64,000 nucleotides of DNA. It comes from Candidatus Hydrogenedentota bacterium. GTDB lineage: Bacteria; Hydrogenedentota; Hydrogenedentia; Hydrogenedentales; SLHB01. Position 1 is the stretch's first letter, and each line of letters begins with the position of its first letter. Both the position numbers and the translations under genes were made by a program. The notes under the pieces were generated by a model that had not been told where the DNA came from, did no database searches, and saw only the letters and a list, made by a program, of their open reading frames with translations. The stretch is taken from assembly GCA_963674865.2 (NCBI GenBank), contig CAXXYE010000009.1:480001-544000 (forward strand). Direction: 5' to 3'. Below are positions 38,933 to 48,761 of the stretch, in pieces.

Positions 38933-40111
38933 GTGGATTCGCTCCGAGTACTTCTCGTCGATGATGAACAGGGAATGCGCATGGGTATGCTCCGGGCGCT
39001 GCGCGGTTTCACCGTGCACGTGCCCAGCGTGGATGCCGATGTTGATTTCATCGTCGACGAAGCCGACACGGGAGAGGCCGCCCTTGAGAAGATCCAGGAG
39101 GCCGCTCCGGATATCCTCTTGCTTGATCTGAAGCTGCCGGGCATGAGCGGCATCGAGGTGCTCGAACAGATTGCCGCAGAGCATGTAGATACGCTTACCA
39201 TCATGATCACGGCGTATGCGACGATTGAGATTGCGGTTCGCGCAACGAAGAGCGGCGCCTACGACTTCCTTGCCAAGCCGTTCACGCCCACCGAGTTGCG
39301 CAGCGTTATTAGGAAGGCGGCCGAGCATCGGGCCGTGACATACCAGGCGCGCAGGCTCGCCGAGGAAAAGCGCCAGGTCCGGTTTCAGTTCATATCCGTC
39401 TTGGGACATGAGTTGAAAGCGCCCCTCAACGCCGTCGAAGGCTATCTGAACGTGCTTCAGGACGGCGTGGCGCCCGACACACCGGCGATGCAGGGCGAGA
39501 TCCTCGACCGCTGTAGGGCGCGCATCGAGTTCATGCGGAAGATGATCGCCGACCTTCTCGATATGACACGGATTGAGTCCGGCCAGAAGAAGCGAGAACT
39601 CGCGCAGGTCGATCTTGCCGCCGTGGCCAAGCAGACGATCGAAACCGCCGCACCTGCCGCCGCCGAACGCACCATTACCGTACGACTCCATTGTGATACG
39701 CCGGTGCAGATGGTTGCGGACCGCGGGGAAATCGAGATCGTTTTGAATAACTTGGTTTCCAATGCCGTCAAGTATAACCGTGACGCGGGCACGGTTGATA
39801 TTTCGCTGAAGAAGCAGGGCGACGAAGTCATCATTGTTGTCGCCGATACGGGCATAGGGCTGAGCAAAGAGGAGGCCGCGAAACTCTTCTCTGATTTTGT
39901 TCGGATCAAGAATGAGAAGACGCGTGGCATCTTCGGGAGCGGCCTTGGGTTGTCCATCGTCAAGAAGATTGCTGAACTGTACGACGGCGCGGCCACCGTG
40001 GACAGCACGCCTGACGAAGGCAGTACCTTCACCGTCGTTCTCCACGAGTCCGAGCTCGATGAAGAGCCCAAATCAAGCTCTTCACCAGCCTCCCCAGCTG
40101 GTTCCTCATAG
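38933..40111 (+). CDS. Hybrid receiver-histidine kinase (REC-HisKA-HATPase)
   Basis: VLLVDDE, LLDLKLP and AKPF, then GHELKAPL, NLVSNAVKYN, DTGIG and GSGLGL. Confidence 0.9.
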   Translation: MDSLRVLLVDDEQGMRMGMLRALRGFTVHVPSVDADVDFIVDEADTGEAALEKIQEAAPDILLLDLKLPGMSGIEVLEQIAAEHVDTLTIMITAYATIEIAVRATKSGAYDFLAKPFTPTELRSVIRKAAEHRAVTYQARRLAEEKRQVRFQFISVLGHELKAPLNAVEGYLNVLQDGVAPDTPAMQGEILDRCRARIEFMRKMIADLLDMTRIESGQKKRELAQVDLAAVAKQTIETAAPAAAERTITVRLHCDTPVQMVADRGEIEIVLNNLVSNAVKYNRDAGTVDISLKKQGDEVIIVVADTGIGLSKEEAAKLFSDFVRIKNEKTRGIFGSGLGLSIVKKIAELYDGAATVDSTPDEGSTFTVVLHESELDEEPKSSSSPASPAGSS

Positions 40112-40401
40112 CGATGCTGCGCCGGCCCCTCCCCCGGGGCCGGCGCGGCGTCGCGCCCCAAATCCCTTGGGAACGGGCCTTTTCTCTGTCGTCGTCCGCC
40201 GCGATGGACACGGCCACGACGGAAGGAGGTCCTTGTGCCGCTGTTGTTCACCTGCCATGAGAGGTCAGGCTGTCAAGAGCGCCCTTGACACAGAATAACC
40301 GGATGCCTTCTAATCCATCATGGGAATGCGCTGAGGGAGGGCTGTCTGGGGTGTCGCTGAATCTTGGCGAAGGCCCCTTCGACTAATGGAGAGGATGATC
40401 C

Positions 40402-43400
40402 ATGCCGCGACGTGACGATATCAAGAAGGTCATGATAATTGGTTCCGGCCCGATTGTGATAGGCCAAGCCTGTGAATTTGACTACTCGGGGACACAGGCG
40501 TGTAAGGCGCTGCGTAAGCTGGGCTACGAAATCGTGTTGGTGAATTCCAATCCAGCCACGATCATGACGGATCCAGGCATGGCGGATGCGACATATATCG
40601 AGCCATTGAATCTCGAAACCATGAAACAGATCGTGGCCCTGGAGCGCCCGGATGCGCTATTGCCGAACCTCGGAGGGCAGTCCGGCCTAAACCTGTCGTC
40701 GGAGCTGGCGCGGAGCGGCGCCTTGGACGAGTATGGCGTGAAGGTGATTGGTGTACAGGTGGACGCCATAGAACGGGGAGAAGACCGCGAAGCATTTAAG
40801 ACTACGATGCAGCGGCTGGGCATTGAAATGCCTAAGAGCGAACTGGCTTATAGCGTTGAGGAAGCGGAACGCATTGCGGACGACATGGGCTATCCCGTTG
40901 TTATCCGGCCGGCCTATACCATGGGAGGCACGGGAGGCGGCTTTGTCTATAACGTCGAGGAACTGCGGACGGTGGCCGCGCGCGGCCTATCCGCCAGCCT
41001 GGTAGGCCAGATCCTTGTCGAGGAATCCGTACTCGGCTGGGAGGAACTTGAACTCGAGGTGGTCCGCGACGCAAAGAACCAGATGATCACGGTTTGTTTC
41101 ATCGAGAACGTGGACGCCATGGGTGTTCATACGGGCGATTCTTACTGCACGGCGCCCATGCTGACGATCGCCCCGGAGCTTCAGAAGCGCCTCCAGAAAC
41201 ACTCCTACGACATCGTCGAAGCCATCGAGGTCATCGGAGGCACCAACATCCAGTTCGCTCACGACCCCGAGACAGGTCGGGTCGTCGTGATTGAGATCAA
41301 TCCTCGTACGTCCCGTTCATCGGCCCTCGCGTCAAAAGCTACCGGCTTCCCCATCGCACTCGTGTCCTCCTTACTGGCCGGGGGATTGACGCTCGACGAG
41401 ATACCGTATTGGCGCGACGGCACCCTCGAGAAGTATACGCCCTCCGGCGACTACGTTGTGGTGAAATTCGCCCGATGGGCTTTCGAGAAATTTCGGGACG
41501 TCGAAGACAAACTCGGAACTCAGATGCGTGCCGTAGGCGAGGTGATGAGCATCGGGAAGACCTATAAGGAGGCCCTCCAAAAGGCGATCCGCTCGCTCGA
41601 AAACCGCCGATACGGCCTGGGATTCGCGAAGGATTTCCACGAAAAGCCTTTGGGTGAGCTGATGAAGATGCTCCAATATCCCACGAGCGAGCGGCAGTTC
41701 ATCATGTACGAGGCGCTCCGCAAGGGGGCGAGCATCCAAGATCTCCACCAACTGACCTACATCAAGCCTTGGTTTATCGAACAAATGAAGGAACTGGTGG
41801 ATCTCGAGGAGGAAATCCTGCGCTTCAAGGGCAAGCAGATCCCCGCCGAGTTGCTCACTCGGGCCAAGAAGGACGGCTTCGCGGACAAGTACCTTTCCGA
41901 AAGGCTCGGGATAGCCGAATCGGCCGTCAGAGCTCAGCGCACCGGCCTCGGAGTCGTCGAGGCATGGGAGGCCGTGCCGGTCAGCGGCGTCGAAGACGCG
42001 GCCTACTACTATTCGACTTACAACGCACCGGACAGCGTCCCGGTCAGCAAGGCCCGAAAGGTAATGGTCCTCGGCGGCGGCCCGAACCGGATCGGACAAG
42101 GCATCGAATTCGACTACTGCTGTGTCCATGCCGCGTTTGCCCTCCGGGAGATGGGCATCGAGTCCATCATGGTCAACTGTAATCCGGAAACCGTGTCGAC
42201 GGATTACGATACCTCCGATAAGCTCTATTTCGAGCCGCTCACCGTGGAGGACGTCCTGAGTATTTACGAGAAGGAGAAGCCGGAAGGCGTTATCGTGCAG
42301 TTTGGCGGACAGACTCCGCTGAACATTGCGCGTGAACTGGCCGAGGCCGGTGTCCCCATTCTCGGAACAACCCCCGACACGATTGACTTGGCGGAGGATC
42401 GCGACCGTTTCAGGCAAACCATGCTCAAATTGGGCATCCCGCAGGCCGAGTCCGGTATGGCCAGCACACTGGAACAGGCACTCGAGATTGCCGAGCGCAT
42501 CGGCTACCCGCTGATGGTTCGCCCGTCCTACGTGCTTGGCGGCCGCGGAATGGAAGTGGTGCATGACGAGGAAATGCTTCGTCAGTACGTTACGGCGGCG
42601 GTCGAGGTGACGCCCGAACGCCCCATCCTGATCGACAAGTTTCTGGAAAACGCTATTGAAGTCGAGGCCGACGCCATTTCCGACGGCACGGACGCCTTTG
42701 TGCCCGCCATCATGGAGCACATCGAACTAGCCGGCATCCACTCGGGCGATTCAGCGTGCGTCATCCCGCCCATCAGTATCCCGGCAAAACATATGGACAC
42801 GATTTCCGAGTACACGAGGAAGATCGCCGTAGAACTCAACGTGGTCGGCCTTATGAATATCCAGTACGCCATCGCCAATGACGTCGTCTACATCCTCGAA
42901 GCCAATCCGCGGGCATCGCGAACTGTGCCGCTGGTGTCGAAAGTCTGCGGCATGGCCATGGCGAAGGTCGCCACGCAGATGATGCTCGGCAAGAGACTGG
43001 CCGACGCGGGCCTGAAGCACCGATCTATCCCTCATTTCGGCGTCAAGGAAGCCGTGTTCCCATTCAACATGTTTCATGAGGTCGACCCGCTCCTGGGGCC
43101 GGAGATGCGCTCCACCGGCGAGGTGCTCGGCTTGGCCGACTCGTTCGGGCTCGCCTTCGCCAAAGCACAGGAGGCCACACATTTGACGCTGCCCTCGGAG
43201 GGTGCCGTACTGCTGACCGTGGCTGACCGCGACAAGGCAGGTGTGGTGGAAGTGGCAAGTCAGTTCCGGGATTTGGGTTTCCGATTGAAGGCCACGGCCG
43301 GTACGCGCGCGCTGTTGGAGGAGCACGGTATCCCCACGGAGCCTATCAACAAGATGCATGAAGGGCGGCCCAACATCGTCGATGCCATCAAGAACGGCGA

Positions 43401-43608
43401 GATCCAACTTGTGATCAACACGCCCAGCGGCAAATTAAGCCAGTATGATGATTCCTACATTCGCAAGAACGCCGTGAAACACAGGATTCCATACATCACA
43501 ACGACGGCCGCGGCATTGGCCGCCGCGCGAGGTATCGCGGCGCGCAGAAAAGCCAAAGGCGGCGTGAAGCCGCTCCAGGAATACCACGAGGGCTTCACAA
43601 GCCTCTAA
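40402..43608 (+). CDS. carB: Carbamoyl-phosphate synthase large subunit
   Basis: IGSGPIVIGQACEFDYSG, a duplicated ATP-grasp (GGGPNRIGQGIEFDY) and a C-terminal MGS-like domain. Confidence 0.98.
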   Translation: MPRRDDIKKVMIIGSGPIVIGQACEFDYSGTQACKALRKLGYEIVLVNSNPATIMTDPGMADATYIEPLNLETMKQIVALERPDALLPNLGGQSGLNLSSELARSGALDEYGVKVIGVQVDAIERGEDREAFKTTMQRLGIEMPKSELAYSVEEAERIADDMGYPVVIRPAYTMGGTGGGFVYNVEELRTVAARGLSASLVGQILVEESVLGWEELELEVVRDAKNQMITVCFIENVDAMGVHTGDSYCTAPMLTIAPELQKRLQKHSYDIVEAIEVIGGTNIQFAHDPETGRVVVIEINPRTSRSSALASKATGFPIALVSSLLAGGLTLDEIPYWRDGTLEKYTPSGDYVVVKFARWAFEKFRDVEDKLGTQMRAVGEVMSIGKTYKEALQKAIRSLENRRYGLGFAKDFHEKPLGELMKMLQYPTSERQFIMYEALRKGASIQDLHQLTYIKPWFIEQMKELVDLEEEILRFKGKQIPAELLTRAKKDGFADKYLSERLGIAESAVRAQRTGLGVVEAWEAVPVSGVEDAAYYYSTYNAPDSVPVSKARKVMVLGGGPNRIGQGIEFDYCCVHAAFALREMGIESIMVNCNPETVSTDYDTSDKLYFEPLTVEDVLSIYEKEKPEGVIVQFGGQTPLNIARELAEAGVPILGTTPDTIDLAEDRDRFRQTMLKLGIPQAESGMASTLEQALEIAERIGYPLMVRPSYVLGGRGMEVVHDEEMLRQYVTAAVEVTPERPILIDKFLENAIEVEADAISDGTDAFVPAIMEHIELAGIHSGDSACVIPPISIPAKHMDTISEYTRKIAVELNVVGLMNIQYAIANDVVYILEANPRASRTVPLVSKVCGMAMAKVATQMMLGKRLADAGLKHRSIPHFGVKEAVFPFNMFHEVDPLLGPEMRSTGEVLGLADSFGLAFAKAQEATHLTLPSEGAVLLTVADRDKAGVVEVASQFRDLGFRLKATAGTRALLEEHGIPTEPINKMHEGRPNIVDAIKNGEIQLVINTPSGKLSQYDDSYIRKNAVKHRIPYITTTAAALAAARGIAARRKAKGGVKPLQEYHEGFTSL

Positions 43609-43697
43609 CGCTTCCTTGAAAGCCTCTCCCGATGACGTGGGAGCGCTGGATTCACGGCACTTGCGCGTACCTCTCAGACGCGAGGCGGTCGTATGAT

Positions 43698-44564
43698 TCA
43701 CGCCTTAAGGCCGCCCTTTGTCAGCCCTTCGACATAGTATTTCATGCCGAATGCGAAAACGGCGACCAGCGGGAGCGAGCCGACTACATATCCCGCCATC
43801 ACGGGGCCGTACTCGAGATTGCCCTCCATGCCGAACTTGGTGACGCCAACGGCGAAGACCTGAAGTTCGGAGCGACTCACCGTCACCAGCGGCCAGATGT
43901 AGCTGTTGTAAGCGCCTACAAATTGCATGATCGCCACCGTGGCGAGGATCGGTAGGGAAAGCGGAAGCGCCACGTGCCAGTAGGCGCGCAACTCCCCCGC
44001 GCCGTCGATACGAGCTGCTTCGAAGAGCGGTTTGGGGATGCTCTCGAAGAATGTCCGGCAGAGGAAGATCCCCATGACTTGTCCCCCTGTGACCAGAGGG
44101 ATGATAAGCACCCATCGCGTGTCTAGAAATCCGTGCCCTCCGACGCCCAGCCAATTATTCCCGCCCACAAACGGGAATTCCTTGTACCAGAGAAAGCCCG
44201 GGACTAACGTCAGCACGCCGGGCACCATCATCAGGGAGAGGATCAGCACGAAGAGCAGGCGTTTCCCCCCGAATTCCAGGCGTGCGAAGACATAGCCGCT
44301 CAACGATGAGAGAAGAACGGTGCCCGCAACGGCTACCGCGCCCACGATCAGACTGTTGAGAATGTACCTCCAAATGAACTGCCAGGCGTCTGCGTAGTAC
44401 GCGCCGTGGATCTGCCGTGGCAAAGACCAGAAGCTGCTGTGGATCTCGGCGTTGCTTTTCTGCGATGTGACGAGGGTCATAAACAGCGGCAGTAAGGTGA
44501 GCAGAACCAACACGCCGAGGCCGGCGATCAACGCCGATTGCCGCCAGGATAGTCCTCGTTTCAT
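43698..44564 (-). CDS. Carbohydrate ABC transporter permease (MalG type)
   Basis: EAARIDGA motif, YILNS, YIWPL and EGLTKGGLK. Confidence 0.92.
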   Translation of the reverse strand: MKRGLSWRQSALIAGLGVLVLLTLLPLFMTLVTSQKSNAEIHSSFWSLPRQIHGAYYADAWQFIWRYILNSLIVGAVAVAGTVLLSSLSGYVFARLEFGGKRLLFVLILSLMMVPGVLTLVPGFLWYKEFPFVGGNNWLGVGGHGFLDTRWVLIIPLVTGGQVMGIFLCRTFFESIPKPLFEAARIDGAGELRAYWHVALPLSLPILATVAIMQFVGAYNSYIWPLVTVSRSELQVFAVGVTKFGMEGNLEYGPVMAGYVVGSLPLVAVFAFGMKYYVEGLTKGGLKA

Positions 44565-47137
44565 CCCGGACTCTCCCCCGCCTTCAACACCTTCATGTTG
44601 AACAGCGTGATAGCCAGAATCACCACGAACAGCGCAAATCCTATGGCGCTCCCGTAGCCGAAATTGGAGAATCGGAAGGCCTCATAGTACATCCGAAGCG
44701 CGGGAACCGTTGTCGCCAGGCCCGGCCCGCCGCCGGTCATGATGAGGATGCCCTGGAAGTCCTGGAGGCTGCCGATGAACGCGAGAATCACCAGCAGCCG
44801 TGTCTGGCCGCGCACCAGCGGTATGTCAATCGAGAAGATCCGGCGAAGGGTGCTGTCGGATTCCAGCCGGTAGGCCTCGTGAACGCTTTGCGGAATGTTC
44901 ATCAGGCCTGCCATGTAGATCAGAAGGCCCAAAGCGCCAATCCATGGAAATCCCATGAAGATGATCGCCGGGAGGGCGAGCGAGGGTTCCCCCAGCCAAC
45001 TCGATGTCCAACGCCCGAGCCCAACGGCTTCGAGGCCTTGATTGAGCATGCCCATGGACGGGTCATAGATGAACCGCCAGATGAGAATGCCCACCATGCC
45101 CGGAACTACCATCGGCACCAGGAAGGCGGTGCGAAACCAATACCTCAACCTCCGGCGAACCAGCGCCTGCAGTAGTTCCGCGGCCACGAAAGGAACGACT
45201 GTGGCCTTGAAGACGGAGGCCGCAAGCAGGATCCCCATGTTCCCGGCGCCCCGCCAGACAGCCATGTCGCTTGCGAGTTTCCTGAGGTTGTCCAATCCGT
45301 TGAAGACGGCCGCGTGCCCTTCCTCCCAACGAGTGAAAGCGTGGTAAAGGCCGGAGAGAGCCGGGAAGTAGCTGAATGTTCCCAGCAGCAAGAACGTGGG
45401 GAGAAGCAGCACATAGGCGGTCACGGTGCGCCTGCGTGTCGCGCCGCGTGTCCGGCGGCAATGGTAGGCCCCCAATAAGCCAAAGCAAGCCAGGATCACT
45501 AGAACAGCCAGCAGCCCGTTCTCGAAAGGATTCCAGAGGCGCTTGTGTATCGGGCGTTTTTCCGGCACATCCTCCGTCGTAGGATCAAGATCGACATTTA
45601 GCCGCTCTTGAAGGCGTCCAATGGCCTCAACCATTTGGCGGTGGTACTCATTCAAGTAGTCGTCCAGGGAAAGGCGGCCCCCGAAATACTCCTGGCAGAT
45701 GGTGATCCAGTCCGCGACACTCTCCTGCTCATCGGCGAGGCCGCGGAAATTGATCTTCTCGTAGCCGTGCCCCTCGAAAGGTGCGAACCGCTCGGAAAGA
45801 TCCGCCGGGAGTTCAACTCCGCTCACCACGAACGGGCCGGTTAGAGGTTGTTCGGCGGCCAAGGTCATATCAACGAGGAGCTGTCCCGCCTCCGGGGATG
45901 TCAGGTACATGAGGAAGTCGACCACCCGGCGCTCGTGGGCGGCGTCATCCTTTTGCGTAACGGCAAGCGTCATTCCTGCGCCACCGACGCCGCGAAACGG
46001 CCCTTGTACCAAGGGGTCCGAGGTGATGGGAGGAAACCAGAACACGCCGTAGCGGAAGCGGTCTTCCGGCGCAAGACGCTTGAAATCGCGGATGATTCCC
46101 GTGACGTGACTGCTTGTGAGGATGCACATAGCCGCCCGCTGTCGATAGAATAGCTGGATGGCGCTCTCCTGGTTGGTGCCCATGAAGCCGGGCTGCCAGT
46201 AATCCGAGAAGGCCTTCAGTTGGCGGTGAAGGGCATGAAACTCCTTGCCGCCCGCGTCAAGCCGCCCACTGAGGATAGCGTTGAATAGCCGCTCCTTATT
46301 CGTCACGACGCGCAAGTCCGAATAGGGATTGGCTGGATCATAGTGATAGGAGGCATTCCGCTCGGACTCGTAATCCCAATCCCCCGGCCTGGACATGATC
46401 AGTGGGACAAAGCCGCGCAGATACGCGTCGCCAAACATCCGAAATAGCCAACCCACCGTGCCCGCCCAGAATGAGTCGAAGTCTCCCGGCATCGCCACGG
46501 GGATGATCCCGGCATCCTCGATTGCCTGGCAATGCCCGAGGAATTCCTCCCAGGTCGCCGGAATGTCCAGGTCCAGTTCGTCAAAGATATCCGCGTTGTA
46601 GAAGAGGGCGATGTCAATGAAGTCAATGGGGATCTGGTAAATGCGCTGATGCCACATATACCGGTCGAGCATGGCCGCGTCCAGGCAATCCCGCCATTTT
46701 GTCCCGGTGTATGGATTGATCTCGTCCAGGTAGCGGTCGAGGAACACGAAGCGGCCCTGCTCGACGTATCCGCTCACGTAGTTGACGTTGAAGATATCGG
46801 GAATCAGGTCGCCGCCCGCCGCAAAGCGCGTCCGGATCCACGTCTCAAAGCCTTGGCCGATCACCGTGATGTCTACCGATGTGTCTGGGTGCTCGCGCTG
46901 GTAGCGCCTGGCGATCTCCCCCAGCGCCACGCGGTAGTTGGCGTTCACCGTGGCTAGGGAGATGCGATCCTCCGCGTCATTCGCCTCGGCCCGGCCATGC
47001 ACGGCCAGCGCGCATAAGGCCATGGATAGGACGGCGAGCCAGCAATGCGGAGAGAAGCCGGCTTGGCCGGGCAAGCGTCGGAATCGTGGTACACAAGAGC
47101 AAGAATGTCCAGGTATGGGCATGCCCCCCGAGATCAT
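44561..47137 (-). CDS. Fused sugar-binding protein + ABC permease (MalF type)
   Basis: N-terminal SBP_bac_1-like domain (ALFYNADIF..L....P.TWEE) followed by a C-terminal permease (GLDNL, IPQSVHEA, TGGGPG.AT, FGYGSA). The start codon is uncertain. Confidence 0.85.
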   Translation of the reverse strand: MISGGMPIPGHSCSCVPRFRRLPGQAGFSPHCWLAVLSMALCALAVHGRAEANDAEDRISLATVNANYRVALGEIARRYQREHPDTSVDITVIGQGFETWIRTRFAAGGDLIPDIFNVNYVSGYVEQGRFVFLDRYLDEINPYTGTKWRDCLDAAMLDRYMWHQRIYQIPIDFIDIALFYNADIFDELDLDIPATWEEFLGHCQAIEDAGIIPVAMPGDFDSFWAGTVGWLFRMFGDAYLRGFVPLIMSRPGDWDYESERNASYHYDPANPYSDLRVVTNKERLFNAILSGRLDAGGKEFHALHRQLKAFSDYWQPGFMGTNQESAIQLFYRQRAAMCILTSSHVTGIIRDFKRLAPEDRFRYGVFWFPPITSDPLVQGPFRGVGGAGMTLAVTQKDDAAHERRVVDFLMYLTSPEAGQLLVDMTLAAEQPLTGPFVVSGVELPADLSERFAPFEGHGYEKINFRGLADEQESVADWITICQEYFGGRLSLDDYLNEYHRQMVEAIGRLQERLNVDLDPTTEDVPEKRPIHKRLWNPFENGLLAVLVILACFGLLGAYHCRRTRGATRRRTVTAYVLLLPTFLLLGTFSYFPALSGLYHAFTRWEEGHAAVFNGLDNLRKLASDMAVWRGAGNMGILLAASVFKATVVPFVAAELLQALVRRRLRYWFRTAFLVPMVVPGMVGILIWRFIYDPSMGMLNQGLEAVGLGRWTSSWLGEPSLALPAIIFMGFPWIGALGLLIYMAGLMNIPQSVHEAYRLESDSTLRRIFSIDIPLVRGQTRLLVILAFIGSLQDFQGILIMTGGGPGLATTVPALRMYYEAFRFSNFGYGSAIGFALFVVILAITLFNMKVLKAGESPG

Positions 47138-47158
47138 TCGCCCGGCCCTGTCGCCGCA

Positions 47159-48745
47159 CTACTCATAGACGCTCGCCATAGGCCACGCATCCAACGAGTT
47201 GAGCGCCGCCTCCCGCCCCTGGGCTCGGAGGGAGACGCCCAGGCTGTCTTCGCGCTCGGGATAGACGCGTACGGCAACGCACTGTTTGCCGTTCACGAAT
47301 ACTTCAACGACACTCCGGTCGAGAAAGACGCGCAATTGAAGCGGTTCATCATTCTCAAGGTAAATCGGGGCCGTTTCCGGAGCACGGCAGGTCGCGTCGG
47401 GCGCGAGTGATGCCCGCGAAGAGTCGATGGAGATCAGGCTTTCGCGCCTACGGCTCCCATCTCGTTGGACGTGGAATCCACGGTTCTTGTAGAAGGCGAT
47501 GCGTGTGAATTCCTCTTGCCCGGAAGAGCGCAGGACGTTCATCTCGATGACGGAGCTTCCCTGAGGATCGATCTCGGCCAGTAGCTCCATAGCGTTGCCG
47601 CTGACGCCGTCAAGCACGACCTCCTCGTTTGCCGGCAAAGTCATACTCTCGATGCGCACATGTTCACCACGCAGCGCTTCAACCGCAGCTACAGGCTCCA
47701 TCCGCAATTCGTCTTGCCCCCGCAGTGTGAGCCGGCGCGGCAGCGTCATGATTTGATCCCAGCCTGGTGTGGGCTTGCCGGGATTCATGTTGAACAGTAC
47801 GATGACGCCCCCGTGCCCGTCGGGCGTCGCGGAAGGCGCATGAACGCCGCAGGGATGGGCCGGGCCGAAATTGAAATCGCCGCCGGCCGTTACCGTGAAC
47901 TTGTCCCGCTCGACGTCGTAGTCGCCCAGGAGGTACTTTCCGCCACTCATGTGACTGAAGTGCAGCAGGATGTGGCGGTCGCCGATGGGCCAGAAGTAGG
48001 GGCACGCGCCATCGTCGCCCACAAGGCCGTAGTGATCGTTCTCCAAGAAAGGGTGCAGATACTCCCACGTCGCCAGATCCTTTGATCGGTGCAGGAATTC
48101 CGCCCGGATCGGCTTGCCGCCGGGGCCGTGATTCAGCGTGCCCGCCGTCAGGGCATAGTACGCGCCGCCCTTCTTCCAGATGCAGGGGTCGAAGACGTTA
48201 TACGGCAGCGGCGGCTCGCCCGGCTTCGCGAACGGGATGACGGACTCTCCTGTCACCTTATCCCAGTTCAGGAGCAGCGGGTCGCTCGACACGGCCACCA
48301 TGGTTCCCACCTCCGTGCCGTGGTACATGGCAATCACGCGATCCTCCTCCGCCAGCGCCGCGCCGGAGAAACACTTGTCCTCCGGATTCGGATAGATGGC
48401 GATGGGGAGATCGCGCCAGTGGATCAGGTCATCGCTTACGGCATGCCCCCAATGCTGGCGTGGATCCTCGAGTGGATAGGCCTGATAGAAGAGATGCCAG
48501 CGCCCCTGCCAGAAACACAGCCCGTTCGGGTCATTAAGCGTCCCTTCCGGATTCACGTAATGGTAGATGGGCCGGTATCGATCCCCCGCCATGCCTTTTC
48601 TCGACGCCGCGAAGCGCTGCACCTGAGGATCATCGGCCAGTTGCGCCTCTTGCTCCTCAAGTGTTTTCGCGTAGTGTGCGCGGCGCGGCACACGAGACGA
48701 GCGAACAATAACTTCCCCGGCATCATGAGCTTCGGACTTCGGCAC
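47159..48745 (-). CDS. GH32 family glycoside hydrolase
   Basis: RPIYHY, NDPNGL, WHLFYQ, HWGHAVS.DL.HW, FSG, FDP and FLDRSVVEVF. GTG start with SD AAGGAG. Confidence 0.9.
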   Translation of the reverse strand: MPKSEAHDAGEVIVRSSRVPRRAHYAKTLEEQEAQLADDPQVQRFAASRKGMAGDRYRPIYHYVNPEGTLNDPNGLCFWQGRWHLFYQAYPLEDPRQHWGHAVSDDLIHWRDLPIAIYPNPEDKCFSGAALAEEDRVIAMYHGTEVGTMVAVSSDPLLLNWDKVTGESVIPFAKPGEPPLPYNVFDPCIWKKGGAYYALTAGTLNHGPGGKPIRAEFLHRSKDLATWEYLHPFLENDHYGLVGDDGACPYFWPIGDRHILLHFSHMSGGKYLLGDYDVERDKFTVTAGGDFNFGPAHPCGVHAPSATPDGHGGVIVLFNMNPGKPTPGWDQIMTLPRRLTLRGQDELRMEPVAAVEALRGEHVRIESMTLPANEEVVLDGVSGNAMELLAEIDPQGSSVIEMNVLRSSGQEEFTRIAFYKNRGFHVQRDGSRRRESLISIDSSRASLAPDATCRAPETAPIYLENDEPLQLRVFLDRSVVEVFVNGKQCVAVRVYPEREDSLGVSLRAQGREAALNSLDAWPMASVYE

Positions 48746-48761
48746 GGACTCTCTCCTTAGT

